Origin: Gemmatimonadales bacterium
GTDB lineage: Bacteria; Gemmatimonadota; Gemmatimonadetes; Gemmatimonadales; GWC2-71-9
Assembly (NCBI GenBank): GCA_965249575.1
Contig: OZ252244.1
Location: 3,264,001-3,328,000, forward strand
Reading direction: 5' to 3'
DNA: 64,000 nucleotides
Shown here: one piece after another, positions 9,902-19,983 of the stretch
How the letters are laid out: each line of letters begins with the position of its first letter
Numbering within the stretch: position 1 is the first letter of the stretch
Made by a program: the position numbers and the translations under genes
The notes under the pieces: model-generated
The model's database searches: none
The model's input: the letters and a program-made list of their open reading frames with translations, nothing else
What the model was told of the DNA's origin: nothing

Positions 9902-11590
9902 ATGATCCGACGACCGCGATCCCGCCACTCAGTACCCAACCACGTTTCCCATCGGCGCCGGCGCGTTCTGTATTTGGCGGTCATTGGGGGATTGGCCGGG
10001 TCTGCCGGTCGGCCCGCAACCGCCCAAGACCTCCCGGTTGGCGATCCTCTCGTGCAGTACCTCAGAGTGCTCCAGGTGGCTGGAGCCGCCACTCCCATTC
10101 CGCTATCGATTCGCCCCTTTGGGTTCGAGCGGGTCCGCGACGCGCTCAGCGGGCGGCGTCACCCGTGGGAGGAGCGTATCCCAGGAAGGACGGCCACGGT
10201 CATCGACTTCGTGAGCATTCTCGATCCTCGCGCTCGATCCTTCTGGAACTCGACGAAACCCGATGGGCGGAATGACGGAGCGGTATGGCAGGGGAAGGGT
10301 GCCTCAATGGAGTTGTCGGGCGGTGCGGTTGGGCGCCTAGGGCCCGTCACCGTGGCCATCCAGCCCTCGCTGATCTACACTGAGAACCGCTCGTTCCCCC
10401 TGGCACCCAGCCTGCCGATCCCCACCCGCTCGCTCTTCGCGAACCCGTGGTACCCGCGACGCGGCATCGGAGGGCAGAGCATCGATCTTCCGCAGCGGTT
10501 TGGTTCCGAGGATTTCTGGACGATCGATCTCGGGCCCAGTTACGTCCGGGCTGATCTTGGCCCCGCGGCAGTCGGCTTCTCCAACCAAAACATGTGGTGG
10601 GGACCCGCAATGCGGAACGCGATCGTGCTGAGCGATAATGCGCCGGGATTCTTGCATGCGTTTCTGGGTACCTCGAGTCCCACTAGCGTCGCTATTGGAC
10701 GCGTCGAGGCGCGCTGGATATGGGGCCGGCTCGCGGAGTCGGAGTACTTCGACAGCGACCCGACGAATGACCGACGGTTCGTGACCGGACTCGTACTCGG
10801 GTTCGTGCCGAAGCCGCTTCCGGGCCTGCACCTGGGCGCCGCACGACTGTTTTACGAGCTCATCCCTGCGGGGGGGCTCGAGTTCTCCGAGTACTTTCTG
10901 GTGTTCCAAGGAATTACCAAGGCGAGCCAGCGTTCGCCGGGCATGCCGAGCGGCGATGATGATCGCGACCAGCTCCTCTCCCTGTTCGCACGATGGGTCT
11001 TCCCGGCGAGCGGGTTCGAGGCGTTCGTCGAGTGGACTCGGAACGACCACAACGCCGATGTTCGCGATTTTCTCACTCAGCCCGAGCACAGCCAGGCCTA
11101 CACGTATGGTTTCCAGAAGACATTCCGTGCCGGTCCGCAGAAGCTGGTGCGCGTGCTGGGGGAGCTCACCCACCTCGAACTCAGCAAAACGATACTGGAT
11201 CGGGCCACTCCGACCTACTACGCGCATAGCCGCGTGCCACAGGGCTACAGCCACCGGGGCCAAATCGTTGGCGTGGGCCTCGGACCCGGTAGCAACAGCC
11301 AGCATCTCGGTGTGGACCTCTTCGCACCGTGGGGCGGATTAGGCGGGTTCATCACCCGGGAGGCACATGACAACGATACGTATTACCGGCTACGCGCCGA
11401 CAACCTCGTTAGCGTCGCGACCAATAACGTTGAATTGCGCCTGGGCGTCACTGGCCGGTATTTCTTAGCTGGTGTCGACTTGGATGGAACCCTGTGGTGG
11501 GGGTGGAAATTAAACCGCTATTTCGTTTTCCGCAACGACGTGAGCAATCTGCACCTGCAGGTCGCCGTACGCTGGCGCCTGTCTCACTGA
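9902..11590 (+). CDS. capsule assembly Wzi-family outer-membrane protein
   Basis: Signal-like N-terminus, NMWWGPAMRNAIVLSDNAPGF, beta-barrel-like C-terminus; start uncertain. Confidence 0.7.
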   Translation: MIRRPRSRHSVPNHVSHRRRRVLYLAVIGGLAGSAGRPATAQDLPVGDPLVQYLRVLQVAGAATPIPLSIRPFGFERVRDALSGRRHPWEERIPGRTATVIDFVSILDPRARSFWNSTKPDGRNDGAVWQGKGASMELSGGAVGRLGPVTVAIQPSLIYTENRSFPLAPSLPIPTRSLFANPWYPRRGIGGQSIDLPQRFGSEDFWTIDLGPSYVRADLGPAAVGFSNQNMWWGPAMRNAIVLSDNAPGFLHAFLGTSSPTSVAIGRVEARWIWGRLAESEYFDSDPTNDRRFVTGLVLGFVPKPLPGLHLGAARLFYELIPAGGLEFSEYFLVFQGITKASQRSPGMPSGDDDRDQLLSLFARWVFPASGFEAFVEWTRNDHNADVRDFLTQPEHSQAYTYGFQKTFRAGPQKLVRVLGELTHLELSKTILDRATPTYYAHSRVPQGYSHRGQIVGVGLGPGSNSQHLGVDLFAPWGGLGGFITREAHDNDTYYRLRADNLVSVATNNVELRLGVTGRYFLAGVDLDGTLWWGWKLNRYFVFRNDVSNLHLQVAVRWRLSH

Positions 11591-11682
11591 GGTGAAAACG
11601 GCGCCAATCGGTCCGCCGCTCTCCGGGCCGGTCGCAACCCCGGTTTTCGGCGAGGCTTTCGCTTTCGCTGTAGAACGGTCTC

Positions 11683-13149
11683 GTGCTGCTACGGCATAGC
11701 GCACTCTACTCGGTGGCCCGTGGTGCTCCGGCGATCGTCAACTTTTTGGCGCTCGCTCTCTACAGTCGGCTCCTCTACCCGGAGGCCTACGGGCGGTACG
11801 CGCTCGTCGTCGCGGCCGTTGGGCTGACCAACGCCGTGTCGTTTCAGTGGCTCATGCTGGGGCTGCAGCGCTTCCGGCCAGCTTACGACGCGCGCAAAGA
11901 CGTCTTTCTGTCGAGTATCGTGGCCGGGTACCTCGGTGTCGTCCTCCTGACCGGCGCGCTGGGCTTCATGGCGTACGGTTTCGGGGGACCGGAGCTCGGG
12001 TGGCTTCTCCCACTCTCACTCCTGTTGCTCTGGGTTCAGGCGTGGTTTGAGCTGAATCTCGAGCTGAAACGCTCGGAGCTCGCTCCGAGGCGTTATGGAT
12101 CGCTCGCGATCTCAAAGGCGGTGCTTGCCGTGGCGCTCGGCGGGCTCCTGGCGTATCTGGGCTTCGGAGCCACTGGTCTGATCGCGGGGCTCATCGTGGG
12201 AATGGCCGTGCCGTCCCTGACCCTAGGAACTGGCGAGTGGCTTTCGGTTCGCGCTCGGAGCGTCGATACCGGCGTGCTCAAGCAGCTCTTTGAGTACGGC
12301 CTCCCGCTGACTGCCGCGCAGGCGCTGACCGTCCTGATCGGAAATACCGACCGCCTGATGCTCGGCTGGCTCCGAGGGGAAGAAGCGGCCGGCCTCTACG
12401 CAGTGGGGTACGACTTGCCCCAACATTCGCTGGGCGTCTTGATGGGGATCGTCAACATCGCGGCTCTTCCGCTCGCCATCCGGGCGCTGGAAGAAAGGGG
12501 CGTGCTGGGAGCGAGACAGCAGCTCCGCCAGAACGGGTGGCTGCTCGTCCTCATCGCGGTGCCGGCCACGGTGGGGCTCGCTGTTCTCGCGCCAAATATC
12601 GCTACGGTGATCCTGGGAGCGGAGTACCGGGAGATCGCGGCCCGGCTGATCCCCTGGGTGGCGCTGGCGGGCTTACTTTCAGGGTTCAGGGCCTTTTACT
12701 TCGATCTCGCTTTCCAGCTCGGCAAGCGGACCATCGATCAGATGTGGGTCAGGCTGGTGGCTGCAGGGGCCAACGTCCTCCTCAATCTGTGGTGGATACC
12801 GAGGATGGGGCTGTTGGGGGCGGCGTACGCCTCGGTGGCCGCTTTCGCGATTGGCCTGGGCGTGAGCTGGTGGACCGGGCGAAGGGTGTTCCCGCTGCCG
12901 CTGCTTCCGGCAGACTCGTTCAAAGCCATGCTGGCCGCCGCGGGCATGGGGATCGCGCTGTGGCCCACCCATTCGTTCCGTGGCCCTAGCCTCCTCGTGG
13001 GCCAGATCGTCGGCGGTGTCGGAGTGTACGCCGTGCTGCTTCTCTTGTTGAACGCCCGAGGAGTCCGGGCCCGCGCGGCACGGCTCGTGCGCGCCGGGGT
13101 AAGGACCATCGGTCTTGCATCAGGAGGGAAAGATGCCGGCCACCCGTAG
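11683..13149 (+). CDS. Wzx-type oligosaccharide flippase
   Basis: Polytopic hydrophobic protein, YGRYAL, DRLMLG..GLYAVGY, GLLGAAYAS. Confidence 0.85.
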   Translation: MLLRHSALYSVARGAPAIVNFLALALYSRLLYPEAYGRYALVVAAVGLTNAVSFQWLMLGLQRFRPAYDARKDVFLSSIVAGYLGVVLLTGALGFMAYGFGGPELGWLLPLSLLLLWVQAWFELNLELKRSELAPRRYGSLAISKAVLAVALGGLLAYLGFGATGLIAGLIVGMAVPSLTLGTGEWLSVRARSVDTGVLKQLFEYGLPLTAAQALTVLIGNTDRLMLGWLRGEEAAGLYAVGYDLPQHSLGVLMGIVNIAALPLAIRALEERGVLGARQQLRQNGWLLVLIAVPATVGLAVLAPNIATVILGAEYREIAARLIPWVALAGLLSGFRAFYFDLAFQLGKRTIDQMWVRLVAAGANVLLNLWWIPRMGLLGAAYASVAAFAIGLGVSWWTGRRVFPLPLLPADSFKAMLAAAGMGIALWPTHSFRGPSLLVGQIVGGVGVYAVLLLLLNARGVRARAARLVRAGVRTIGLASGGKDAGHP

Positions 13150-13236
13150 AGAGGGTAGCCACCCAGTCGCCGGCGTGAGCGGTCCTCGAGGGCCGGCTCG
13201 TTCCCAGGGGCAATCGTGTGCAGGAGGCCGTGCAGA

Positions 13237-14064
13237 ATGAACACCCTATACCGAGATAGAAAGCTGTCCGATGGTTTTCCCGACATCGAGCAGCGCGGCG
13301 TAGCATACCACGCCTGTTCTCATGGAGAACTGCCACACTACACCCGGGAGTTCATGCAGTGTATCGGGCGCCTCATTGACGTGACCGTCGGTCCCCGGAC
13401 GGTGCTCGTTGCGGGGTGTGGCCCGAAACCGCACGCGATCAGAGTCCTGCTGGAAATGGGGTACGACGCGGTTGGGTTCGAACCCGTGCAGGGACTTCGG
13501 CGCTCCGCGGTGGAGTTCTTGGGGGACGAGAAGCGCGTGAGCCCAGGAACCGCTGAAGCGATGCCGTTTCCCGACCGGTCGAAACGGATCATCTTCATGA
13601 CGAGCGTGCTCGAGCACGTTGACTCACCGCAGAAGAGCCTCGCGGAAGCCTACCGCATTCTGCAGCCGGGCGGCGTGCTCTTCATCTACACGACGAATCG
13701 CTTGAAATTCAGGCTCAGCGGGTACAATGGGGAATACCGGGTGCCGTTCTTCAACTGGTTTCCGGCGGTGGTCCGGGAATCGTACGTCTTCAGGCACCTC
13801 CACTACGATCCCACCCTGGCGAACTACAACCCTCGTCCCGCGTTTCACTGGTTCTCGTATCCGGATCTCTGCCGCCTCGGGCGGGAGGTCGGCTTCGGCC
13901 AATTCTACTCGCTGCTCGACCTCGCGGATCTGGACAACCGTCTGGTGGCAGGCAGCAGGCTCAGGAGGTTCTTGCTGAACAAGGTGCGCTACAACCCCTG
14001 GCTTCGGGGATTGACGCTGACGCAGACCGGCGGTTCGATCTTCATGCTGAAGCGACCAGAGTAA
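13237..14064 (+). CDS. class I SAM-dependent methyltransferase
   Basis: VLVAGCGP motif I, SVLEHV, ILQPGG; AGGAGG upstream. Confidence 0.85.
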   Translation: MNTLYRDRKLSDGFPDIEQRGVAYHACSHGELPHYTREFMQCIGRLIDVTVGPRTVLVAGCGPKPHAIRVLLEMGYDAVGFEPVQGLRRSAVEFLGDEKRVSPGTAEAMPFPDRSKRIIFMTSVLEHVDSPQKSLAEAYRILQPGGVLFIYTTNRLKFRLSGYNGEYRVPFFNWFPAVVRESYVFRHLHYDPTLANYNPRPAFHWFSYPDLCRLGREVGFGQFYSLLDLADLDNRLVAGSRLRRFLLNKVRYNPWLRGLTLTQTGGSIFMLKRPE

Positions 14065-14140
14065 TGTCTCGCAAGGGTCACGAACTGGGCTGACGTCTGG
14101 CACAGGCTTCCCAGATCGGCGCATCTCCCAATGGGAAGGG

Positions 14141-15424
14141 CTACGGTGCCGTCATCAGCCCCCCGTCGCCGAGGTGGAGGTAGGAGGAGTTGCGGGCTAC
14201 CCGAATTGGGCCACCCATTCGGTGAGACTGCACCATCGTCCCTTTGAGTTCGAGCTCCGGCGCGTCGATACGCTGGCCGGGAAACAGTGAGATGTGAGAC
14301 CCGTTGACGCTGCAGGATCCACCCGCATCGATAACGCTCTGCATGGTGCCGTGGATCTGTTTGACGCGAATGGTTGACGAGTCGAGCGCCACCCCACGCG
14401 CCAGGTGGATGTACGGCGCTCTCGACCCGACTGCGACGCAATCCACGACCATTCCGGATGCGCTGTCACGGAACTCCGCTACGGCCGGCCACTGCTCGAT
14501 CTGACCGGAGAACGCGATGGAGGCGATGTCGCTGGTGTTGAACCGCAAGGGGTGGAGCGACTCGTTTCCCGGCAGTCGGTTCGTGTAGACGTGGTTCAAG
14601 TGAATGTTCGCGGCGTTCCAGAACTCGTATGCTGCGTGGGTGAATGCGCCGGCCGTCGTCTGATTGAGGTCGCAAATGGTCATTGACGCGGGCCCGCTTA
14701 GGGGGCCTGCGTGCGGCGAAGGAATACCGAGCACATCGGTAGCAGCAAAGGCGAAGGGGAGGTCGGCGATACACCGCACTTGCACGGCGTACCAATGTTC
14801 GGAGGCCACGTTGTAGATGCCGATCGTCCCGCGCTTCGACGCTTGCGGGCGTCGGAGGAGAAAAATCATGATGTCCTCGTATCGGTGAAACTGCGCGAAC
14901 CGATTGGTGCGGGAACGCCCCATGAGAATTCCTACCGTCGACGGGTTCCGGGTGGTGCTCGTGGCCTCCGAGAGCACGCGGAAGCCTCGAAGCGTAACGT
15001 ACTGGCTCCCAACGGTGTCGATCACGATGCCGCCGGTGTTGCCGAGGAAGGTCGTCGCCTGCTGGCCGCCGGTCTGCGTGGTCCCCGCACCCGCGAGTGT
15101 GATCGGGTTGTCGTCGCGATCCGTGAGATCTAGCGTGGAGTCGAGCCGGTAAACACCTGCCGGGAAGTACACGAGCGAAGCACCGGAGTTGATGGCGCGC
15201 TGTATCGGGCCAGCGTCGTCATCGACCCCGTTTCCCGTGGCGCCGAATCCGCGGACATTGGCCCACCCCACATCATCGACATACGGGTGAGAGCGCCCGG
15301 GTGACGGCGCCGGCGCTGCGGCCATGCGGGCCCCGGGGAGGCCGCCGGAGCTGGCCAGCATGCCCAGTCCCGCCAATCCACTGGCGAGCGCGTCTCGGCG
15401 GTTGAGGATGTGGCGGTCGGTCAT
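14141..15424 (-). CDS. Tat-exported pectate-lyase-3/GH28-like beta-helix protein
   Basis: LNRRDAL twin-arginine signal; NVRGFGATGNGVDDD...IQRAIN...VYFPAGVYR. Confidence 0.75.
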   Translation of the reverse strand: MTDRHILNRRDALASGLAGLGMLASSGGLPGARMAAAPAPSPGRSHPYVDDVGWANVRGFGATGNGVDDDAGPIQRAINSGASLVYFPAGVYRLDSTLDLTDRDDNPITLAGAGTTQTGGQQATTFLGNTGGIVIDTVGSQYVTLRGFRVLSEATSTTRNPSTVGILMGRSRTNRFAQFHRYEDIMIFLLRRPQASKRGTIGIYNVASEHWYAVQVRCIADLPFAFAATDVLGIPSPHAGPLSGPASMTICDLNQTTAGAFTHAAYEFWNAANIHLNHVYTNRLPGNESLHPLRFNTSDIASIAFSGQIEQWPAVAEFRDSASGMVVDCVAVGSRAPYIHLARGVALDSSTIRVKQIHGTMQSVIDAGGSCSVNGSHISLFPGQRIDAPELELKGTMVQSHRMGGPIRVARNSSYLHLGDGGLMTAP

Positions 15425-15713
15425 CGTTGGAATCCCATGATCTTGGTGAGTGGCGCTGAGCGGTCGCTCGCGGGACCGGCGGGTCCCGTCTCGTGGGCTG
15501 AAGGTACTCGATTCGTGAGAGGGAGGGGCCGGTGGTGGGGGAGCTCTGTCCGCGCATTTCAAATATCGATTACGCGCATTATCGTTCAGCGCCCATGGAC
15601 TTCCTGCAGGCACGTGACGACTTGGCCATAGCGCGACAGGTGGCCGCATGCCGTTCCCGAACGGCGTACGGCCCTTCGGTCGACGCCCTCGCTTTTCGCG
15701 TGACGCTTTCAGT

Positions 15714-17597
15714 GTGTGCGGCGTAGCCGGGTTCTGGTGGGGTGGGGAAGAGGCCGCGAGCGCCGCAGGCATCGCGCAGCGGATGGCGGACGCCATTCGG
15801 CATCGAGGCCCCGATGATGGGGGCGCGTGGACCGATCCGCAGGGTGGTATTGCCCTCGGACACCGTCGGCTGGCCGTCATCGATCCATCGCCCCTGGGGC
15901 GGCAGCCGATGGTCTCTGGCAGTGGACGGTTCGTCATCACCTACAACGGTGAGATCTACAACTATCGGGAAGTCTCCGCAGAACTGGAACGCGCGGGTAT
16001 GCGCCCCCGCAGTCACTGTGACACCGAAGTTCTGCTGGAAGCGATCGATCGATGGGGTCTCGATGCGGCGCTCGCTCGGTGCGCGGGGATGTTCGCCTTC
16101 GCGCTGTGGGACGTGGCCGATCGGTCACTCCATCTCGTCCGGGACCGGGTTGGCGAAAAGCCGCTCTACTACGGATGGGCCGGGGACGCTTTTCTCTTCG
16201 CTTCGGAGCTCAAGGCGCTGCGCGTCCATCCGTGTTGGCGCGGCGACATCAACCGGGATGCCGTCGCCGTCTATCTGAGACACGGCTATGTGCCGGCACC
16301 GCACTCGATCTACCGCGGCATCCGCAAGGTGCGCCCCGGGTCTATCGTCACGCTGCGAGATGGTCCCACGGGGCGCCCGGTGGAGGAGCGCCGGTATTGG
16401 GTTGCGGCCGATGCGGCGCGCAACGGAGCTGCCGATCCCATCGCCGGTAGCGAGGGCGAGATCGCGGAGCGGTTCGAAGCGGCCCTTCGAGCCACCGTTG
16501 GGCAGGAGATGATCTCCGACGTGCCCCTTGGTGCGTTTCTGTCAGGCGGCGTCGATTCGTCTCTCATCGTCGCGCTCATGCAATCGCAGAGCGGTACGCC
16601 TGTGCGGACGTTTTCGATCGGATTTCATGAGCCCCGATTCAACGAAGCGGACTATGCTAAGGCGGTCGCCGGCCACCTCGGTACCGATCATACCGAACTG
16701 TATGTAACTCCCGCGGATGCGCTTAATGTCGTGCCGCGCCTACCCGAGCTGTATGACGAGCCGTTCGCCGATTCCTCACAGATCCCGACCTTCCTGCTCG
16801 CCGAGTTGACCAGACGCAGTGTAACCGTGAGCCTGTCGGGCGACGGGGGCGACGAGCTTTTCGGTGGATACGAACGGTATCAGTGGGCCGACCGGGCACG
16901 CCGTTGGAGGCGTTGGATGCCGGGGCCGGTTCGTCGAGCGGCGGCGGTCGCTGTGTCTGCGGGATCCGGCCTCGGCCGGGTCGGTGAGAAAGGGAGACGG
17001 ATCGGGCGGCTCCTCGGTTCGAGCAACGACCTCGACATGTACCGCGAGCTGGTTTCGGTGTGGCACGATCCCGCCCGGCTCGTCATCGGGGGAAACGAAC
17101 CGCCGACGGCGATCACGGACGGTCGCTTGTCGAGGGAACACTCGTTTATCGAGAGACTGATGCGCATCGACCTCTCGACCTATCTGCCCGACGACATCAT
17201 GGTGAAAGTCGACCGGGCCACGATGGGTGTCAGCCTCGAAGCGCGCGCGCCGTATCTGGATCATCGGATCGTCGAGTTGTCGTGGAGGCTGCCACTGGAG
17301 TTCAAGGTGCGCGCGGGACGGGGCAAGTGGATTGCTCGGCACCTGCTGCACCGGTACCTCCCGCTTCGATTGATCGAGCGTCCGAAGCGAGGGTTTAGCG
17401 TGCCACTCGATGAATGGTTGCGCGGCCCCCTCCGAGAGTGGTCGGGTGACCTGCTCGGCGGGCGTCGGGTACGGGAAGATGGATTCCTGAATGCCGCGGC
17501 CCTTTCGGATGCTTGGCGAGTTCACCAGGACGGTGGAGCCGACTTGGGTTATCGACTTTGGGCGCTGGTGATGTTCGAGGCGTGGCGGCAATCCTGA
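15714..17597 (+). CDS. asnB: asparagine synthase-like glutamine amidotransferase
   Basis: GTG start giving MCGVAG, HRGPDD, YNGEIYN, LSGGVDSS, SGDGGDELF. Confidence 0.92.
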   Translation: MCGVAGFWWGGEEAASAAGIAQRMADAIRHRGPDDGGAWTDPQGGIALGHRRLAVIDPSPLGRQPMVSGSGRFVITYNGEIYNYREVSAELERAGMRPRSHCDTEVLLEAIDRWGLDAALARCAGMFAFALWDVADRSLHLVRDRVGEKPLYYGWAGDAFLFASELKALRVHPCWRGDINRDAVAVYLRHGYVPAPHSIYRGIRKVRPGSIVTLRDGPTGRPVEERRYWVAADAARNGAADPIAGSEGEIAERFEAALRATVGQEMISDVPLGAFLSGGVDSSLIVALMQSQSGTPVRTFSIGFHEPRFNEADYAKAVAGHLGTDHTELYVTPADALNVVPRLPELYDEPFADSSQIPTFLLAELTRRSVTVSLSGDGGDELFGGYERYQWADRARRWRRWMPGPVRRAAAVAVSAGSGLGRVGEKGRRIGRLLGSSNDLDMYRELVSVWHDPARLVIGGNEPPTAITDGRLSREHSFIERLMRIDLSTYLPDDIMVKVDRATMGVSLEARAPYLDHRIVELSWRLPLEFKVRAGRGKWIARHLLHRYLPLRLIERPKRGFSVPLDEWLRGPLREWSGDLLGGRRVREDGFLNAAALSDAWRVHQDGGADLGYRLWALVMFEAWRQS

Positions 17598-17610
17598 TGG
17601 TTGTCGTCCG

Positions 17611-18876
17611 TTGAACCTGCTCGCTGCCGCGGCGCTCGCGGCAATTGGCCTGGTCGCCCTGGCGGTGGGGCGGTCCGCGCTCTTCCCCCCCGTGATATTT
17701 TGCACCGTGTGGTCGGGAGCCATGGTGCTCCTCGAGCTTTCCGGTAGCACGTTCTATCCGATTAGCGACCAGGCAAGGTTCGTGTTCGTCACTGGGGCGC
17801 TGGCGTTCCTCACTGGAGCCGCGCTCAGCGAGTGGGTGTTTGCGCACTCTCCGCCGACAGGGACCGAGCGGTATCGACTGCCCGACGGCGTGGCAGCGCG
17901 AATCGTGGATCTAACAATCGTGGTCATGATCGCCGCCTTCCCCTTTTACTGGGCGGAGGTACAGGCGGCGGTGCGTGCGACCGCCGTCGAGAATGCCTTA
18001 CTGGCGGCGCGGATGCGGGGTCTTGGCAGGGCTGCTGGTCTCACGCCAGAACTCCCGTTTCTGCTCCGGAACCTGGTTCAGCTCTCAATCGTTATCGCGC
18101 TTTTTTCGTTCAACGAGGCCAAGCCGGTTCGGGGCTGGCGCATTCGCTCCGGTGTGATCTTCGCGCTCGCGCTCGCGTATCAGCTCTTGACAGGCGGGCG
18201 GGTGGGGGCGCTCACACTGGTTGTGGGGACGGTGGCAGTGCTCTGGATTCGCTCGGGTCACTTTCGACTGCGACCGCTCCTGCCTGCCGCGGCGCTGTTC
18301 GCGTTCTCCTTCTCGATCATTGCCATTCAGCTGGAAAAGGGTACGGCGCGGCGTGGTATGTCGCTGGTCGAGAACATTCCTAGCGTGGTCGAGGGGCTTC
18401 AGGCCTATTCGCTTGGGGGGGTAGTGGCCTTCGACCGGATCGCCGAGACTCCGAACGTTTTGCCTTCGACGGGGGGGATCTGGCGTACGGCGCAGCAAAT
18501 GGCGAATCGGCTTGGTGCGGACTATGAGATTCCGGCACTGCATGCTCCGTACACCAGCGTGGGCGATTTCATCGACACGAACGTTTACACCATGTACTTT
18601 TCGTACCTTCCCGACTTCGGACTACTGGGAACGGCCTTCTTAGTGGCGGTCATTGGTGCGGTAACGAGCGCGGTTTTTCGGCTTGCGCTGCGCGGGAACC
18701 CGGCCGCGAGAGTGTTCTACGGCCTCTTTTTCGTCGGTGTGTGCCAAAGCGTCTTCAATGAGCCCTTCTATACGAACGTCAATCTCCTCTCAAAGGCGTT
18801 GGTGATTCTGGGACTGGTTTACGGCATTACCGCGCTGCGACAGCAGTCCCTCGACCGCGGTCCTGAGGCTGCCTGA
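17611..18876 (+). CDS. O-antigen/oligosaccharide repeat polymerase (Wzy-like)
   Basis: Polytopic membrane protein, TGGR, TNVYT..SYLPDFG. Confidence 0.75.
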   Translation: MNLLAAAALAAIGLVALAVGRSALFPPVIFCTVWSGAMVLLELSGSTFYPISDQARFVFVTGALAFLTGAALSEWVFAHSPPTGTERYRLPDGVAARIVDLTIVVMIAAFPFYWAEVQAAVRATAVENALLAARMRGLGRAAGLTPELPFLLRNLVQLSIVIALFSFNEAKPVRGWRIRSGVIFALALAYQLLTGGRVGALTLVVGTVAVLWIRSGHFRLRPLLPAAALFAFSFSIIAIQLEKGTARRGMSLVENIPSVVEGLQAYSLGGVVAFDRIAETPNVLPSTGGIWRTAQQMANRLGADYEIPALHAPYTSVGDFIDTNVYTMYFSYLPDFGLLGTAFLVAVIGAVTSAVFRLALRGNPAARVFYGLFFVGVCQSVFNEPFYTNVNLLSKALVILGLVYGITALRQQSLDRGPEAA

Positions 18877-19983
18877 GTGCTGCGAGTTGCGGCATTCACC
18901 GGTGGGCGGCGGGTGCCGAGCGCCCGATTCCGGGTACATCAGCATCGAGCCCGGCTGGCGCAGTACGGGATCGAACTGGTGCTGTTCCCCGCGCGACTCG
19001 GCTCGTATCCTCCGGTCAGCCGTGCGCTCCGTCCGTTGTGGCTCGGCGCGACCCTCGCGCAGCGAATGCCCGCAGTGGTACGGTCCCACGGGTTCGACGT
19101 GACGCTGCTCCAGCGCGAGATGGTGTCGACCCTCGTGACCCTCGAGGGCTTCACTGGGCGCCCTCGGGTGTTCGACGTGGATGACGCGCTCTGGATGCTT
19201 CGCGGCGGTGAGTTTGCTGGGAGTATTGCCGGGCGCTGCGACACCGTCGTCTGCGGCAACGATTATCTGGCGGACTACTTCGTCCGCTACAACCCAGATG
19301 TCAGCGTGATACCGACCGCGGTTGACGTCGAGCGCTTCACGCCCAGCGCGACCGACCGCGATGCGGGCCCTCCGGTCGTAGGGTGGATCGGAACCTCGTC
19401 GGGTCACAAGTACCTCTATGAGATCGAGGACGCCCTGGTTCGAGTTCTGCGATCGAGGCGCGACGCGGTGCTGAGGGTGGTATCAGACCGGGCACCGCGA
19501 TTCGCGCGGGTGTCCCCAACCCAATTCGAGTACGTTCCGTGGCAGGCTGAACAAGAGGCCGAGGTGATCCGCGGCATGACCGTCGGGATCATGCCACTCC
19601 GGGATACTCCCTGGGAGCGCGGGAAATGCAGCTATAAGATGCTGCTCTACATGGCGTGCGGCATCCCGGTCGTGGTGTCGCCGGTGGGGCTGAACGGCCA
19701 ACTGCTGGAGCGGGGAACCATCGGTTATTCTGCAGGGACCGGGGAGGAGTGGTCCGAGCGGATCCTTGCGCTCTTGGGTGACTCGAACCGCGCCCGAACC
19801 ATGGGCCGTGCCGGACGAGAGGTCGTTATGGAATCCTTCACAGCCGAAAAGGTTGGCCGGCAGCTCGCCGGAGTGCTGACGTCCGTCGCGGGCGGGGTTG
19901 CTGACTCGAGTGCATCCGGACTGTCTCCGTCACGTCCCGAGGTGACGCCGTCGCCGTCTCCGGCAGATCACGGTCTCACATGA
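18877..19983 (+). CDS. GT4 glycosyltransferase
   Basis: FDVDDA, GWIG, KCSYKMLLYMACGIPVV. Confidence 0.88.
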   Translation: MLRVAAFTGGRRVPSARFRVHQHRARLAQYGIELVLFPARLGSYPPVSRALRPLWLGATLAQRMPAVVRSHGFDVTLLQREMVSTLVTLEGFTGRPRVFDVDDALWMLRGGEFAGSIAGRCDTVVCGNDYLADYFVRYNPDVSVIPTAVDVERFTPSATDRDAGPPVVGWIGTSSGHKYLYEIEDALVRVLRSRRDAVLRVVSDRAPRFARVSPTQFEYVPWQAEQEAEVIRGMTVGIMPLRDTPWERGKCSYKMLLYMACGIPVVVSPVGLNGQLLERGTIGYSAGTGEEWSERILALLGDSNRARTMGRAGREVVMESFTAEKVGRQLAGVLTSVAGGVADSSASGLSPSRPEVTPSPSPADHGLT

